64,000 nucleotides of DNA from positions 15,896 to 79,895 of the forward strand of contig JBGQLG010000003.1 of assembly GCA_041499965.1 (NCBI GenBank), written 5' to 3'. The notes below the pieces were generated by a model. It saw nothing but the letters and a program-made list of their open reading frames with translations, did no database searches and was not told the DNA's origin. Each line of letters opens with the position of its first letter. Position 1 is the stretch's first letter. Positions 50,601-59,887 of this stretch are shown here, piece by piece. A program made the position numbers and the translations under genes. This DNA is from Candidatus Methylomirabilia bacterium (GTDB lineage: Bacteria; Methylomirabilota; Methylomirabilia; Rokubacteriales; CSP1-6).

Positions 50601-53600
50601 TCGTGTGGGGCGAGCTCCAGATCGGCCGCTTCGATCTCGCTGCGGCGGCGCGCCAGCTCGAAGCTCCACTCGAGCGCGGGGAGCGACCGGTAGCGGCGAG
50701 CGAGCGCCAGGACGCCCTCGCGAGAGCTGGCGGCGAGCATGACGAACCCCAGCGATGTGGCGCGATGTCCCGGCAGCTCGACCTCGGCCGACAGCGCCAT
50801 GATCGGATCCAGCGTCGCGCCCGTCATGCCGGCGCCGAGGGGCCCCGCGCCGTCGAGCGCGGCCGGCCTTCGAGTCGTCCGCCCGCGTCCCACGAAGCGT
50901 TCCCGGGCCGTCTCGTACCCGGCTGGCCGAGCACGTCCCGCCGGCAGAACGAGCAGGTGCGCGAGCCAGGCGTCGGGTCCGCCGCCGGAGCGCGGGCGGC
51001 GATGAAAGATCAGGGCGTGCAGATCCTCGAGGTACTCGCTCTCCACGAAGAGCTTGCTGAACGCCGGATGCCGTCGGTCCTCGGCGGCATCGCCGACGAC
51101 GACTTCGGCGTAGCTGGTGACCTCGAGCCGGCGCCGAAACGCGGTCTGGTTGCGCACCGTCACGAGCCGCACTTCCGCATCGTCGGCCGGCGCCACACAC
51201 ACCTGCTGGCGAAGCGAGACGCCATGGACGCGCCGATGCGTCTCGACCATGTGGGCGTGGAACGTCGTCTCGCCCTCGCCGGGCGCCAGGGACCACGCGA
51301 GCCTGCGCGCGGGCTCGCGCACGAAGAGCCGGAATCCCGGGGCAGCGAGGGTGCGGTCAGCCTGCTGGCGGGTCAGGGCCACGGCGCCCCAGCTGCTGGC
51401 CCCTCCGCCATCCGAGACGAGGGTCTGATAACGGCCGTTGGAGAGCACGTGGGCCTGCGGGAAGCCTGCGTCCGGACGGGCCGGCCAGGGCTCGAGCGGC
51501 GCGCGCCGCGGCGCCGCCGTGCGCCGCGGGCCTTCCGGCACCAGGCGTGTCCGCCGCAGGGGCGCCGCGGTGGCGGGGCGCTCGAAGGCCAGCGCCTCCG
51601 TGGTCTGGACCACCGGGTCGGCATGGAAGCGGCGTACCATCGGGTGTCCGCAGAGCAGGTTGTCCACGGCGACCAGGATCATGCCCTGGTGGTGGGCCAT
51701 GAACGAGCGCACGATCGCGTGGTGCGTGCCCTCGGCCAGACGCGAGGCTGTGAAGTCCACCGCCTCGTAGAGGCCGTATCGCCCCATGAGTCCGAGGTGC
51801 TCCAGCCGCCCGAGATTCGCCATCACCGCCTCCGGCGCGAACGGCAGCGCGAGCAGGCAGGCATACGGTGCGACGACCACGTCGTCCTCCAGCCCTCGCT
51901 TGAACCCGAGGTCGGGAACGCCGAAGGCGCGATACTGATAGTTGCGGTGGTCGTCGAACCGGTAGTACCCCGACTCCGACATGCCCCACGGGACGCCCCG
52001 TCGCCCGGCGTAGGCGATCTGGATCCGTACGGCGCTCGCGCACGCTCGACCCATCAGGCTCTCCGGTGCCTCGCGGAGCAGCAGCGTCGGCATCAGGTAC
52101 TCGAACATCGTGCCGCTCCACGACAGCAGCGCGCTGCCACCATCGACGCGGCAGAAGGGGCGGCCGAGGTGGAGCCAGTGCTCCTCGGGCACGTCGCCCT
52201 TCGCGATGGCGACGAAGCTGGCCAGCCGGGCCTCGGACGCGAGGAGATCATAGTGGTGGGCATCCGGGCGATCCGTGGCGACGTCCTGTCCGATATAGAA
52301 GAGCCGCCGGCTTTCGTCGTAGAGAAAGGTGAAGTCCATCGCGTCGAAGAGCGCGTCGGTGCGCCCGGCAAGCCCGGCGAGGCTCGTGAGGACGGTCCGG
52401 GCGGCGTCCTCGGCCCGGCCGATGGCCTCTCGAAGCCCCGCCGCCCAGGCTCGGACGCCGGCCATGCCGGCGGCGTCGACGGGCAGGGTATCGAGTTGCT
52501 TCGCCAGCCGCGTCACGGCGGCGCTGGCACTCTCGCAGGCCGAGGGCAACCCATGCAGCGTAGGGTCGAGGGAGAGGCATCGCTCGAACTCATCGCGCAC
52601 CTCGCCATTCAGGACGAGGGGCGCGCTCGCGCCCGGCACCTGCCAGGGAAGGTAGAGCTCGATGTCGCGCCGCATGGCTCCGAGGTGCTGGCGTACCTCG
52701 GCGGACCAGACGCGAAGCTCGGCGAGCAGGTCCTGGTCGAGGTCCTCGCGGCCCGGGGCGATCGCCGACAGGAGGGTACGGTCGAACTCGGCGCATCCCT
52801 GCTCGAGGAGCCGGGCAATGCCGGGTGCCCACGCCCGCCGCTGCCCCTTCAGGGCCGCTGCCTCCTGGCGCGCCCTCGCGACGCAGGCGCGAAGGCCGGC
52901 GAACCGCGCCCGGTCCTGCCGTCGAACGCGGCCGTCGATGACCTCGCCCAGGATGTCGAGCGTGTCGAGCAGGCCGTCCCATCCGGCAGGCCCGATGATG
53001 GGGGCGTGGACGAGCTCCAGGCATCCCTGCTTCACGGTCAACAGCGAGGCGGCCAGGTTGCCGCTGTCCACCGTGGAGACGTAGCGGGGCAACAGCGGCG
53101 TGAGATCGGCGGTGTCGTACCAGTTGTAGAAGTGGCCGCGATGGCGCTCCATCCGCTCGAGGGTGTCGATCGTGTTCCCGAGACGCTGGACCACCGACAG
53201 CAGACCCGCATGGCCGAGGTCGTGGGCCGAGAGCGTGGCGAGCTGCAGGAATCCGATGTTCGTCGGCGAAGTCCGTCGTGCGATCTCCCCCCGGGGCTCT
53301 TCCTGGAAGTGGTCCGGTGGAAGCCACTGGTTCTCCGGTCCGACGAACGTGTCGAAGAAGAGCCAGGTCCGGCGTGCCAGCAGACGGAGGCGACGAGCCT
53401 GGCCCTGCCCCGGTGCCGGCGGCCGGTCGGGCCATGCCCGGCCGACGATGTCGGCGATCTCGGGGGCGAGGAGCCAGAGCAGCAGGACGCCAAGCGCGGC
53501 GGGCAGCGCCGCCGGCCGGGAGATCGCGAGGAGCGCCCCCGTGCCGAGCGCGGCCAGCGGCGCCGCCGCCATCTCGCGCCAGAGGGGCCGGCGTGAGCTG

Positions 53601-56089
53601 GTGCCGCCGAGCATCGAGGCGATCCGCGCTGCGGAGGTCCACTCGAGCAGGCGGCGTTTCCGGCGCAGGCGGACGAGCGTGCGCAGGATGGCATCGGCCA
53701 GGACGGCCGCGCGATGCGGCAGGAAAGCGACGTGCAGGATCCAGAGCGCCGAGGCGGGTCGGAGCCGGAGCCAGACACCGCGGATGGCGGCAGGCAAGGC
53801 CGCCACCCGGTGGGCCGACACGAGACCCCCCATCGCCTCGCTGAGCAGCGGCGTCGCCAGCGGGAGGACGCCCAGCGCAGTCCAGATGACGGGCCAGCCG
53901 GGGAACAACGCCCACGCGAGGAGCAGGAAGGCGAGCAGCGTGGGAGGAAGCAGCGTGCGCCGCAGGTTGTCGACGATCTTCCAGCGCGAGATCAGCGACA
54001 GCCGGTTTGGCCCCCGGCCACCGCCCGCCAGGGGCACGCGGCGGCCGAGCCAGGGCAACAGTTGCCAGTCTCCGCGCGCCCAGCGGTGCAAGCGCCGCCA
54101 GTATCGGCGATAGTCGACTGGATAGTCCTCGAAGAGCACGACGTCGCTCACCAGGCCGGCTCTGCCGTGGATGCCCTCGAACAGGTCGTGGCTGAGCAGC
54201 GTGTTGTCGGGCACGCGTCCCTGCAGGCTGCGCTCGAACGCGACCGGGTCGTAGATTCCCTTGCCGACGTAGATCCCTTCACCGAACAGATCCTGGTAGA
54301 CGTCCGAGGTCGCGCCGGCGTAGAGGTCGAGGCCCGGGTCTCCCGCGAAGAGGCGGGTGAACCGCGACGCGGCGGCGCCCAGGGGGGTCACCTCGACCCG
54401 GGGTTGCAGGACCGTATAGCCGGCACTGACGCGGCCGGTGAGGGGATCGAACTCCGCCCGGTTGAGCGGGTGGGCGAGGGTGGCGACGAGGCGATGCGCG
54501 GCGCCCCGAGGAAGCTCGGTATCGGCGTCGAGCGTGAGCACGAACCGAATGGAAGGCAGGATGCGCGGATCACCCACGTGGCCGGCGAAGGTGGTCGTCT
54601 GATCTCCGGCCAGCAGGCGGTTGAACTCGGCGAGCTGGCCTCGCTTGCGCTCCCATCCCATCCAGCAGCCCTCGCTGGGGTTCCACAGTCGCTTGCGATG
54701 CCGCAGATGAAACGGTCCGGTGTCTGTCCCCCCGTATCGCGCATTGAGCGCACGAACGCCCTCCTCGGCGCGCCGGAGCAGGTCGGCGTCGTCCGGCATC
54801 GATTCGGCGGGCGCGTCGGCCAGGGTGACCAGCAGCGCGAGATGGAGGTTCGCGTCCGCGTTGGCCAGCCAGTGGACCTCGAGCCGGGACACGATCGCCG
54901 CGACGTCGTCACGCGAAGCCAGGAGCACCGGCACGGCCGCCATGGTCCGGCAGTCGGCGGGGATGCCCTTGCGGAAGTCCATCTTGGGCAGGACACGCGC
55001 GGGCAAGAGGCGGGTCGTGAGGAGGTTGACGAGACTGACGCCGATCGTCGTGGCCGGGACGACGGCGAGCGCCATGCCCGACGCGGCGACGGCGAGGCTG
55101 GCGCCGGCCATGAGCAGTGCCACGCCCAGCCCTGTCACATGTAGCGCGGCGACCAGGAGGATGGCTCCGAGGTACCAGGGGGTCGGATGACGCTCGAGCC
55201 CCCGCCGCCATCGGGTACGCCAGCGGGAACGATACACGACGATCCGTTCGAGGCCGACGACGCCCTGGCCGATGAGGTGGTCGCCGACATGGCGGCTCCG
55301 ATCTCCGGTACTCTCCCCGGACAAGCGGATGGCCTCGCGCGCCACCGCGTCCTCCGACCAACCGCTCCGGGCGGCCAGGTCCTCGACGACACCGCGGTAG
55401 CGATCACGCGTATCGAAATCCATGCTCGGGTAGACGCCCGCGGGATCCTCACGCAGGATCCGCTCGGTCTCGCTGACCTGTTCGAAGACGGCGTTCCAGT
55501 CGGTCGTCTCCAGCGTGCGCAGACTGCGGATGCATGCGGGCAGGGTCTGGTCGGCCGGCGGCTGCCCCGGCAGGCCTTCTGCCTGGAATGCGCTGATGGT
55601 GGCGGCCGCCAGGGACTCGAGGAGAACGATGCGGAGCAGCACGGGCAGCGCCCACACCTCGGCGATGGTGAGTGGCCGTCGCGTCTGGAAGTCGGCGACG
55701 AGGAGCGTGATCTGCTCGACTTCGACGTGATGCCCGCCGGCCGTGACGATCTCCCGGGCCAGCTCGTAGGCCACCGGGTGCCCGCGCAGCTCCCCGTCGG
55801 CCAGACGAGGAAGCCGCCCCTCGAACACAGGCGGGAACTCCTCGCGAACCAGCTGGAAGGCTCGTTCGACGATGTAGTAGTTGTCGAGCAGCCATTCCGC
55901 GGCCGGGTGGTCCGACCCAGGGCCCCCCGCGGCGAGTCGGCGAGACGTCGTGGCGAGAGTCTGCTCGGGGCCTCGCAAGCGGTCCACAAGGTGTGGAGCT
56001 CGACGCCGGGCCGGCAGCGGCGCCGTACTCGCCAGGCGTCGAACCCGTTCGCGCACGTCACCGGCACTCACGACCAGGCCAGGAATCAC
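47633..56089 (-). CDS. ndvB: Cyclic beta-1,2-glucan synthase (GT84 + GH94 domains), 2818 aa
   Basis: AEWLLDNYY, WMGWERKRG, TLDADT, LSHDLFEG, RWARGDWQ, YDLLASEARL, YQSSGAFGFRDQLQD, GDWNDGMN, PPGVRENGGQYTH. Confidence 0.93.
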   Translation of the reverse strand: MIPGLVVSAGDVRERVRRLASTAPLPARRRAPHLVDRLRGPEQTLATTSRRLAAGGPGSDHPAAEWLLDNYYIVERAFQLVREEFPPVFEGRLPRLADGELRGHPVAYELAREIVTAGGHHVEVEQITLLVADFQTRRPLTIAEVWALPVLLRIVLLESLAAATISAFQAEGLPGQPPADQTLPACIRSLRTLETTDWNAVFEQVSETERILREDPAGVYPSMDFDTRDRYRGVVEDLAARSGWSEDAVAREAIRLSGESTGDRSRHVGDHLIGQGVVGLERIVVYRSRWRTRWRRGLERHPTPWYLGAILLVAALHVTGLGVALLMAGASLAVAASGMALAVVPATTIGVSLVNLLTTRLLPARVLPKMDFRKGIPADCRTMAAVPVLLASRDDVAAIVSRLEVHWLANADANLHLALLVTLADAPAESMPDDADLLRRAEEGVRALNARYGGTDTGPFHLRHRKRLWNPSEGCWMGWERKRGQLAEFNRLLAGDQTTTFAGHVGDPRILPSIRFVLTLDADTELPRGAAHRLVATLAHPLNRAEFDPLTGRVSAGYTVLQPRVEVTPLGAAASRFTRLFAGDPGLDLYAGATSDVYQDLFGEGIYVGKGIYDPVAFERSLQGRVPDNTLLSHDLFEGIHGRAGLVSDVVLFEDYPVDYRRYWRRLHRWARGDWQLLPWLGRRVPLAGGGRGPNRLSLISRWKIVDNLRRTLLPPTLLAFLLLAWALFPGWPVIWTALGVLPLATPLLSEAMGGLVSAHRVAALPAAIRGVWLRLRPASALWILHVAFLPHRAAVLADAILRTLVRLRRKRRLLEWTSAARIASMLGGTSSRRPLWREMAAAPLAALGTGALLAISRPAALPAALGVLLLWLLAPEIADIVGRAWPDRPPAPGQGQARRLRLLARRTWLFFDTFVGPENQWLPPDHFQEEPRGEIARRTSPTNIGFLQLATLSAHDLGHAGLLSVVQRLGNTIDTLERMERHRGHFYNWYDTADLTPLLPRYVSTVDSGNLAASLLTVKQGCLELVHAPIIGPAGWDGLLDTLDILGEVIDGRVRRQDRARFAGLRACVARARQEAAALKGQRRAWAPGIARLLEQGCAEFDRTLLSAIAPGREDLDQDLLAELRVWSAEVRQHLGAMRRDIELYLPWQVPGASAPLVLNGEVRDEFERCLSLDPTLHGLPSACESASAAVTRLAKQLDTLPVDAAGMAGVRAWAAGLREAIGRAEDAARTVLTSLAGLAGRTDALFDAMDFTFLYDESRRLFYIGQDVATDRPDAHHYDLLASEARLASFVAIAKGDVPEEHWLHLGRPFCRVDGGSALLSWSGTMFEYLMPTLLLREAPESLMGRACASAVRIQIAYAGRRGVPWGMSESGYYRFDDHRNYQYRAFGVPDLGFKRGLEDDVVVAPYACLLALPFAPEAVMANLGRLEHLGLMGRYGLYEAVDFTASRLAEGTHHAIVRSFMAHHQGMILVAVDNLLCGHPMVRRFHADPVVQTTEALAFERPATAAPLRRTRLVPEGPRRTAAPRRAPLEPWPARPDAGFPQAHVLSNGRYQTLVSDGGGASSWGAVALTRQQADRTLAAPGFRLFVREPARRLAWSLAPGEGETTFHAHMVETHRRVHGVSLRQQVCVAPADDAEVRLVTVRNQTAFRRRLEVTSYAEVVVGDAAEDRRHPAFSKLFVESEYLEDLHALIFHRRPRSGGGPDAWLAHLLVLPAGRARPAGYETARERFVGRGRTTRRPAALDGAGPLGAGMTGATLDPIMALSAEVELPGHRATSLGFVMLAASSREGVLALARRYRSLPALEWSFELARRRSEIEAADLELAPHDLPAAATLLSLLLCSHDALRASAATLALNHLGQRSLWKHAISGDLPILLVRIGSAEDAAILPSVLRAQRFWRGRGVCVDVVILNERAGGYVAEMDEPVERALVQAGAEASRDRLGGVFVIHAARIDGADRTLLLSAARVVLDGSQGSIGQHLARLAGEPARLPLLAPSSPPPTEAPETLPRPDTLLFDLGLGGFAADGREYIIHLEPGQSTPAPWVNVVANRRLGFVVTESGGGYTWAENSGENRLTPWRNDPISDEPGEVLYLRDEATGAVWSPTPRPAPADGAYQVAYGAGYARFLHRSHGLEQSVRLWVAPDDPVKLVELALTNRLDRPRTVTVTYYVEWVLGTSREQSQAFVVPEFDPASEALLARNAWSEDFAARVAFVAVSAKLRGLTADRLEFLGRHGGYATPAALRRIGLAGTVRAGRDPCAALQISLDLAPGATVHAHFMLGQAAGRDEALDLVTKYRDRAVVEAAWTELNRQWDARLGAVTVRTPDPALDLMLNRWLLYQLLASRFWGRTGFYQSSGAFGFRDQLQDVAALIHGLPALCRDHILEAARHQFEAGDVLHWWHPPAGAGVRTRCSDDLLWLPFVTAHYVEATGDATILEEAIPFLAGEPLEPDEVERYARFEPGPHRATLYTHCLAAIDRGRTAGAHGLPLFGSGDWNDGMNRVGAGRRGESVWLGWFLHATLTRFGRVAARLGDSARAETLRGQAEELRAALEATAWDGAWYRRGYYDDGTPLGSAERAECQIDSVAQSWAVLSSAAEKSRAAAAMEAVMRRLVKEPDGLILLLAPPFAESTDDPGYIRGYPPGVRENGGQYTHAAIWVLWALLELGDVEHAVDLFQRLLPIRRALTPEAAALYRTEPYVLASDVYAAPPWSGRGGWTWYTGAAAWAYRLGLEKILGMRPSEGGWHLEPHIPAAWPGFEVVWHDGATIVRIQVDNPRGVSSGVERMLLDGERLDPPILPRLTDGRIHEVQVTMGSRQNER

Positions 56090-56094
56090 CGGGC

Positions 56095-57132
56095 TCAGTG
56101 GCCCGGACGGCTCCGCGCCGCCATTTCGGCGCGCGTCGGCCCCCGCGCGCCCAGGCCGAGGTCCTGCAGCACGAGGATCGGCCGGGTGCTTTCGGCCAGG
56201 AGGCGGGCGCTGACACTGCCGTAGCGCTCACTCGCATCGGCCGTACGGCCGTGGGCGCATACCACGATCAGATCGACGTCGGCCCCCTCCGCCAGCGCCC
56301 GAATCGCCGGCGCCCGCCGGGACGATACGACGCTTTGCACGCTGACGCGAAGCGCCTGGCCAGCCAGCCCACTCTGCAGCTCACGCAGGTACCGCTCGGC
56401 TTCCACCCGGTTGCGCTCGGTGAGCTGCGAGGCGACGGCCACGTCGTCCGCGGACGGTGGCATGCGCCGAGGCATCTCCGGCTCGGGCACCACGTGGGCG
56501 AGGATCAACTCGGCGTCATGCGCGCGCGCCAGAGCGACGGCGAGTGTGAGGACGGACTCGGCCCGTGGCGAGCAATCCAGGGGCACGAAGATTCGGCGCA
56601 AACGAATCTCGCCGACGGGCCGTTCATCGGCGGTGTGCGCGGGGACGACGAGGACCGAGCTGTCGGCGCGGGCCACGACTTTCTGGGCGGTACTGCTCAG
56701 GACCCAGCCGCTGAGCCCGCCTTCACCGTGGGTCGACAGGACGACGAGATCGACGTCGTGTCCCCTGGCGAAATTGATGATCTGTTCGGCGGGCCGGCCC
56801 TCCAGCAACTCGGCGGCCGAGGTCAATCCATCCGCCTTCAGTTCGCCATCCAGCTTTGCGAGCTGGCTGTGCGCCTCCGCCCGCCGGATCTGCCACTCCA
56901 CGGCGTCGTGAGCGTGGCGCGGCGAGGCCGCGGTGACCGGTGGCTCGAGGATACGGAGGAGCGTGATGCGCGCAGCGAACACCCGTGCCAGGGCAACGGC
57001 CCACGGAAGCGCGCACTCTGCGAGCGCCGACCCATCCAGCGGCACCAGCAGGTGCTCGATGGTCAGCTCTGGGCACCCGATTTCATGCTCGCCGCCGGGC
57101 GGTCCAACCGCGGATGGTCTACTGGATCGCAT
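56095..57132 (-). CDS. Tandem-domain universal stress protein
   Basis: LLVPLDGS, LVVLSTHG, IFVPLDCS, LIVVCAHGRT, YGSVS; GGAGG RBS. Confidence 0.93.
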   Translation of the reverse strand: MRSSRPSAVGPPGGEHEIGCPELTIEHLLVPLDGSALAECALPWAVALARVFAARITLLRILEPPVTAASPRHAHDAVEWQIRRAEAHSQLAKLDGELKADGLTSAAELLEGRPAEQIINFARGHDVDLVVLSTHGEGGLSGWVLSSTAQKVVARADSSVLVVPAHTADERPVGEIRLRRIFVPLDCSPRAESVLTLAVALARAHDAELILAHVVPEPEMPRRMPPSADDVAVASQLTERNRVEAERYLRELQSGLAGQALRVSVQSVVSSRRAPAIRALAEGADVDLIVVCAHGRTADASERYGSVSARLLAESTRPILVLQDLGLGARGPTRAEMAARSRPGH

Positions 57133-57264
57133 GGCCGATCCCTCCCCCCCGTCGTGTCGGGTGTGCAGCTCACCGCCGGCGGCACCTTCGTTACGGCAGG
57201 GGCCTGAGGAGACGTTCCCTTCTAGGGGAACCTCCGATTTGCGAAGCGATGTCAGAACTGTGAC

Positions 57265-57280
57265 TGCAACGTGCGCGCCA
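57265..57280 (-). promoter_or_regulatory. sigma54 promoter for USP-glucan synthase
   Basis: TGGCGCGCACGTTGCA; TGGGGC-N6-GGGGCA a TGAGGC-N6-GCCGCC at 57333-57369. Confidence 0.77.
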
Positions 57281-57578
57281 GGACTTTCCCGTGCGTTTCG
57301 TGCCGAACCCGCGACATGGAAGCCCAGCGAAGTGGGGCGCCGGAGGGGCAATGAGGCGGAGACGCCGCCCCGTTCCCTGTCTTGACTGCGGCGTGGTCGC
57401 GAGGATCGGCCGGGCAGCCGCCATCGCGATGCGCTACGCGAGCTCCAGCAGCGCGAGGGCGGGTTTCCGTCGGCGCTCGAGCACCGGCACGTGGCATTGC
57501 TGCACCACCTGTCGCATCGATGTCCCACGCTCTCCCTCGGTTCCGGGCGCAAGTTGTGGGATTCGCTGGCGTGGGACT

Positions 57579-57594
57579 CGGCACCGTCGTTGCT
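57579..57594 (+). promoter_or_regulatory. sigma54 promoter for HPF-like gene
   Basis: CGGCACCGTCGTTGCT; AA-N8-ATT at 57551-57563; tandem sites at 57490-57527; ATG 57607 is 14 nt after the -12 C. Confidence 0.8.
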
Positions 57595-57606
57595 GTCTCG
57601 TTGGGC

Positions 57607-57990
57607 ATGACGAAACCGGCCTCTCGCCCGCGTTCCTCTTCGGTGCCCACGATCGAGATCGTAGGCCTCGCCATCGCACCGACGTTCAGGGCCCGTATCG
57701 CTCGGCAGATCCGGCGCGCGCTCGTCGGCGTCCAGACGAGCCCGGTCCACGTCCGCGTCAGCTTCGCGGACGTCAATGGCCCGAAAGGCGGTCTCGACGC
57801 GCGGTGCGCCATCGACGTGACGATTCCGCGGACGGCGCCGCTCCACGTCGAGGAGACCGCCGCGAGAGACGTCACCGCCTTCGACCTGAGCGCGGCGGCG
57901 ATTTCGCGACAGATTGCGCGGCAACTCGAGCGCAGGCAGAAGAGCGGGCGGTATCCGAAGAAGTACTACGCGGCCCAACGCTTGCCGTAG
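57607..57990 (+). CDS. HPF/RaiA-like ribosome-associated protein
   Basis: VRVSFADVNGPKGGLDARCAIDVTIP, AFDLSAAAISRQI, basic tail. Confidence 0.8.
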   Translation: MTKPASRPRSSSVPTIEIVGLAIAPTFRARIARQIRRALVGVQTSPVHVRVSFADVNGPKGGLDARCAIDVTIPRTAPLHVEETAARDVTAFDLSAAAISRQIARQLERRQKSGRYPKKYYAAQRLP

Positions 57991-58154
57991 CGCGTCCCGG
58001 CGCCGCCGGCCAGCGTGTTGGTAGCGTCAGGGGGAGCGCTGTCACCGTCGTCACCGGCGCCGTCTGATCGGCATTCCACCCTGCCGTTGGTGCGGTGCGT
58101 GAGCGCGTGAAGCCGACGTGAAGCCTGGGGGGTCGAGACGCGGGAGGGGTTGTC

Positions 58155-58730
58155 GTGCTGGTCCAGGAACTGACGAGGCAGGCGAGTCTGGAGCTGCTGG
58201 CTCGTGCACACATCGGTAGATTGGCGTGCGCCCGAGGGACCCAGCCGTACATGGTGCCATTCTATTTCGTCTATGAGAATGATTGCCTGTATAGCTTTTC
58301 CGCGGTCGGACAAAAGATCGACTGGATGCGAGCCAACCCGCTGGTCTGCGTCGAAGCGGACGAGGTGGTGAGCCCGCAGCAATGGATGAGCGTCATTGTC
58401 TTCGGTCGCTACGAAGAGATACTCGACACCCCCGAATACCCGGGCGCGCGCGCACGCGCTCACGCCCTGCTGAAACGGCACGCGGCGTGGTGGGAGCCTG
58501 CGTACGTGAAGACCATCGTCCACGGCGCAGAGCGCCCGCCGGTGCCGGTCTTCTACCGCATTTACGCCCGCCAGATTACCGGCCGCCGGGCCATCCCTGA
58601 TCAGCCGGTGTCGCCGCCAGACCCCAGGCTGTCGGTGACCGAGTCGGGCGAAGGCGGTTGGCTGCACAACCTTCTGCGGCAGATCCTGGGTATACGCAAG
58701 CACTCCCGCGCCAAGCAGCGAGAGCGATAG
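58155..58730 (+). CDS. Pyridoxamine 5'-phosphate oxidase-like flavin-binding protein
   Basis: IGRLAC, QPYMVP, GQKIDWMRANPLVCVE, WMSVIVFGRYEE, ITGRR. Confidence 0.92.
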   Translation: MLVQELTRQASLELLARAHIGRLACARGTQPYMVPFYFVYENDCLYSFSAVGQKIDWMRANPLVCVEADEVVSPQQWMSVIVFGRYEEILDTPEYPGARARAHALLKRHAAWWEPAYVKTIVHGAERPPVPVFYRIYARQITGRRAIPDQPVSPPDPRLSVTESGEGGWLHNLLRQILGIRKHSRAKQRER

Positions 58731-58930
58731 CCCGAGCCGTTGTCGGTCATGACGGCGACGAGAACCTGCCCGCCCAGCCGCGGCCGGCCGTGCACGGTGC
58801 GGTCGGCCGCGGACGGCACCGTCCCGCCGCGGGGGCGAGGCACCGATTGCGGCAAGCGCCGACCGGCCTATTTCGCGGAACCGCCCGAGATCCGCGGGTC
58901 ACGCCTGGCCGTCTTGCGACGAGGTGGTCA

Positions 58931-59782
58931 ATGATCCCCACGAAATTGACCGAGGCGCTGGTTGTGGTGACGATGGTGCTGTGGCTCGCCACGCCGGCCA
59001 CGGCCCAGCCGGTGGGGACGCCGGTCGCGACGGCGACCGCCCCCTCGGCGGAGCAGGGTCGGCCGGCACTGCCGGTCATCGGGACGATCCTCGAGCACGG
59101 CGGTGCCCTCGGGCTGTCGGCCTCGCAGGTCGAGGCGCTCGAGCGCCTCGGCCTTGACTTCATCCGCGAGGCGATCCGGCGCCAGGCCGACTTGCTCATC
59201 ACCCAGATCGATCTCGATCTCCTGCTCGATCAGGAGCCGAGCCAGGCGGTCGACGTGAAGGCGGCGGAGGCCAAGCTCCGGGAGATCGAGAAGATCCGGA
59301 CGGATCTCCAGCTCGCGTTGATCCGCGCCGTCGAGAACGCCCGGGCCCAGCTCACCCCGGAGCAGCGCTCGAAGCTGGCCGCGCTTCTGGCCGGGGCCCC
59401 GGCTCAGAGCGAGGCCGACCCTCCGGACGATCCGCCGAGCGCCGCGCGCGGCGCCGCACCGGCGGGGCGGGGCGGCGCCGGACACGCACCGCCGGGCGGT
59501 GGGGCAACGCATCCGCGCCCGCCCGAGCGCCGCTTCGAAGGGCGCCGCGACACGGGCCCACGCGATCATGGTCGGGCCGTCATCCGCGGCTGGTCGTCAT
59601 ACTGGTGGGAGCCGTACTGGTTCTATGCTCCACCGCCGGCGATCGTTCAGGAGCAGCCGCCGGTGTACGGGCAGTCCCCTGAGCCACCGTACTGGTACTA
59701 CTGCCGGAGCGCTCAGACGTACTACCCGTACGTCTCGACCTGTCCGGAGCCGTGGCTCCCGGTGCCGGCGACGCCCCGGTAG
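58931..59782 (+). CDS. Secreted Spy/CpxP-like helical protein with Pro/Tyr-rich C-terminal domain
   Basis: Signal peptide, LGLSASQ...LTPEQR, then YWYYC...YYPYVSTCPEPW. Confidence 0.75.
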   Translation: MIPTKLTEALVVVTMVLWLATPATAQPVGTPVATATAPSAEQGRPALPVIGTILEHGGALGLSASQVEALERLGLDFIREAIRRQADLLITQIDLDLLLDQEPSQAVDVKAAEAKLREIEKIRTDLQLALIRAVENARAQLTPEQRSKLAALLAGAPAQSEADPPDDPPSAARGAAPAGRGGAGHAPPGGGATHPRPPERRFEGRRDTGPRDHGRAVIRGWSSYWWEPYWFYAPPPAIVQEQPPVYGQSPEPPYWYYCRSAQTYYPYVSTCPEPWLPVPATPR

Positions 59783-59887
59783 CGGCAGTCCCGTGCGGTC
59801 GAGGGGAACGGACATCGATCGCGGCCAATGCGCAGGCGGCGGTCGAGCGCCTGACGTATGTGCCGTAGGGGAGGTGGCGTCCCCCTG

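Noticed and set aside
57485-57500. CGGCACGTGGCATTGC as the hpf promoter
   Set aside because: GG-to-GC spacing is 11; the correctly spaced box is at 57579.
58895-58931. Possible promoter before the Spy-like gene
   Set aside because: TTGC is well placed but there is no GG at -24.
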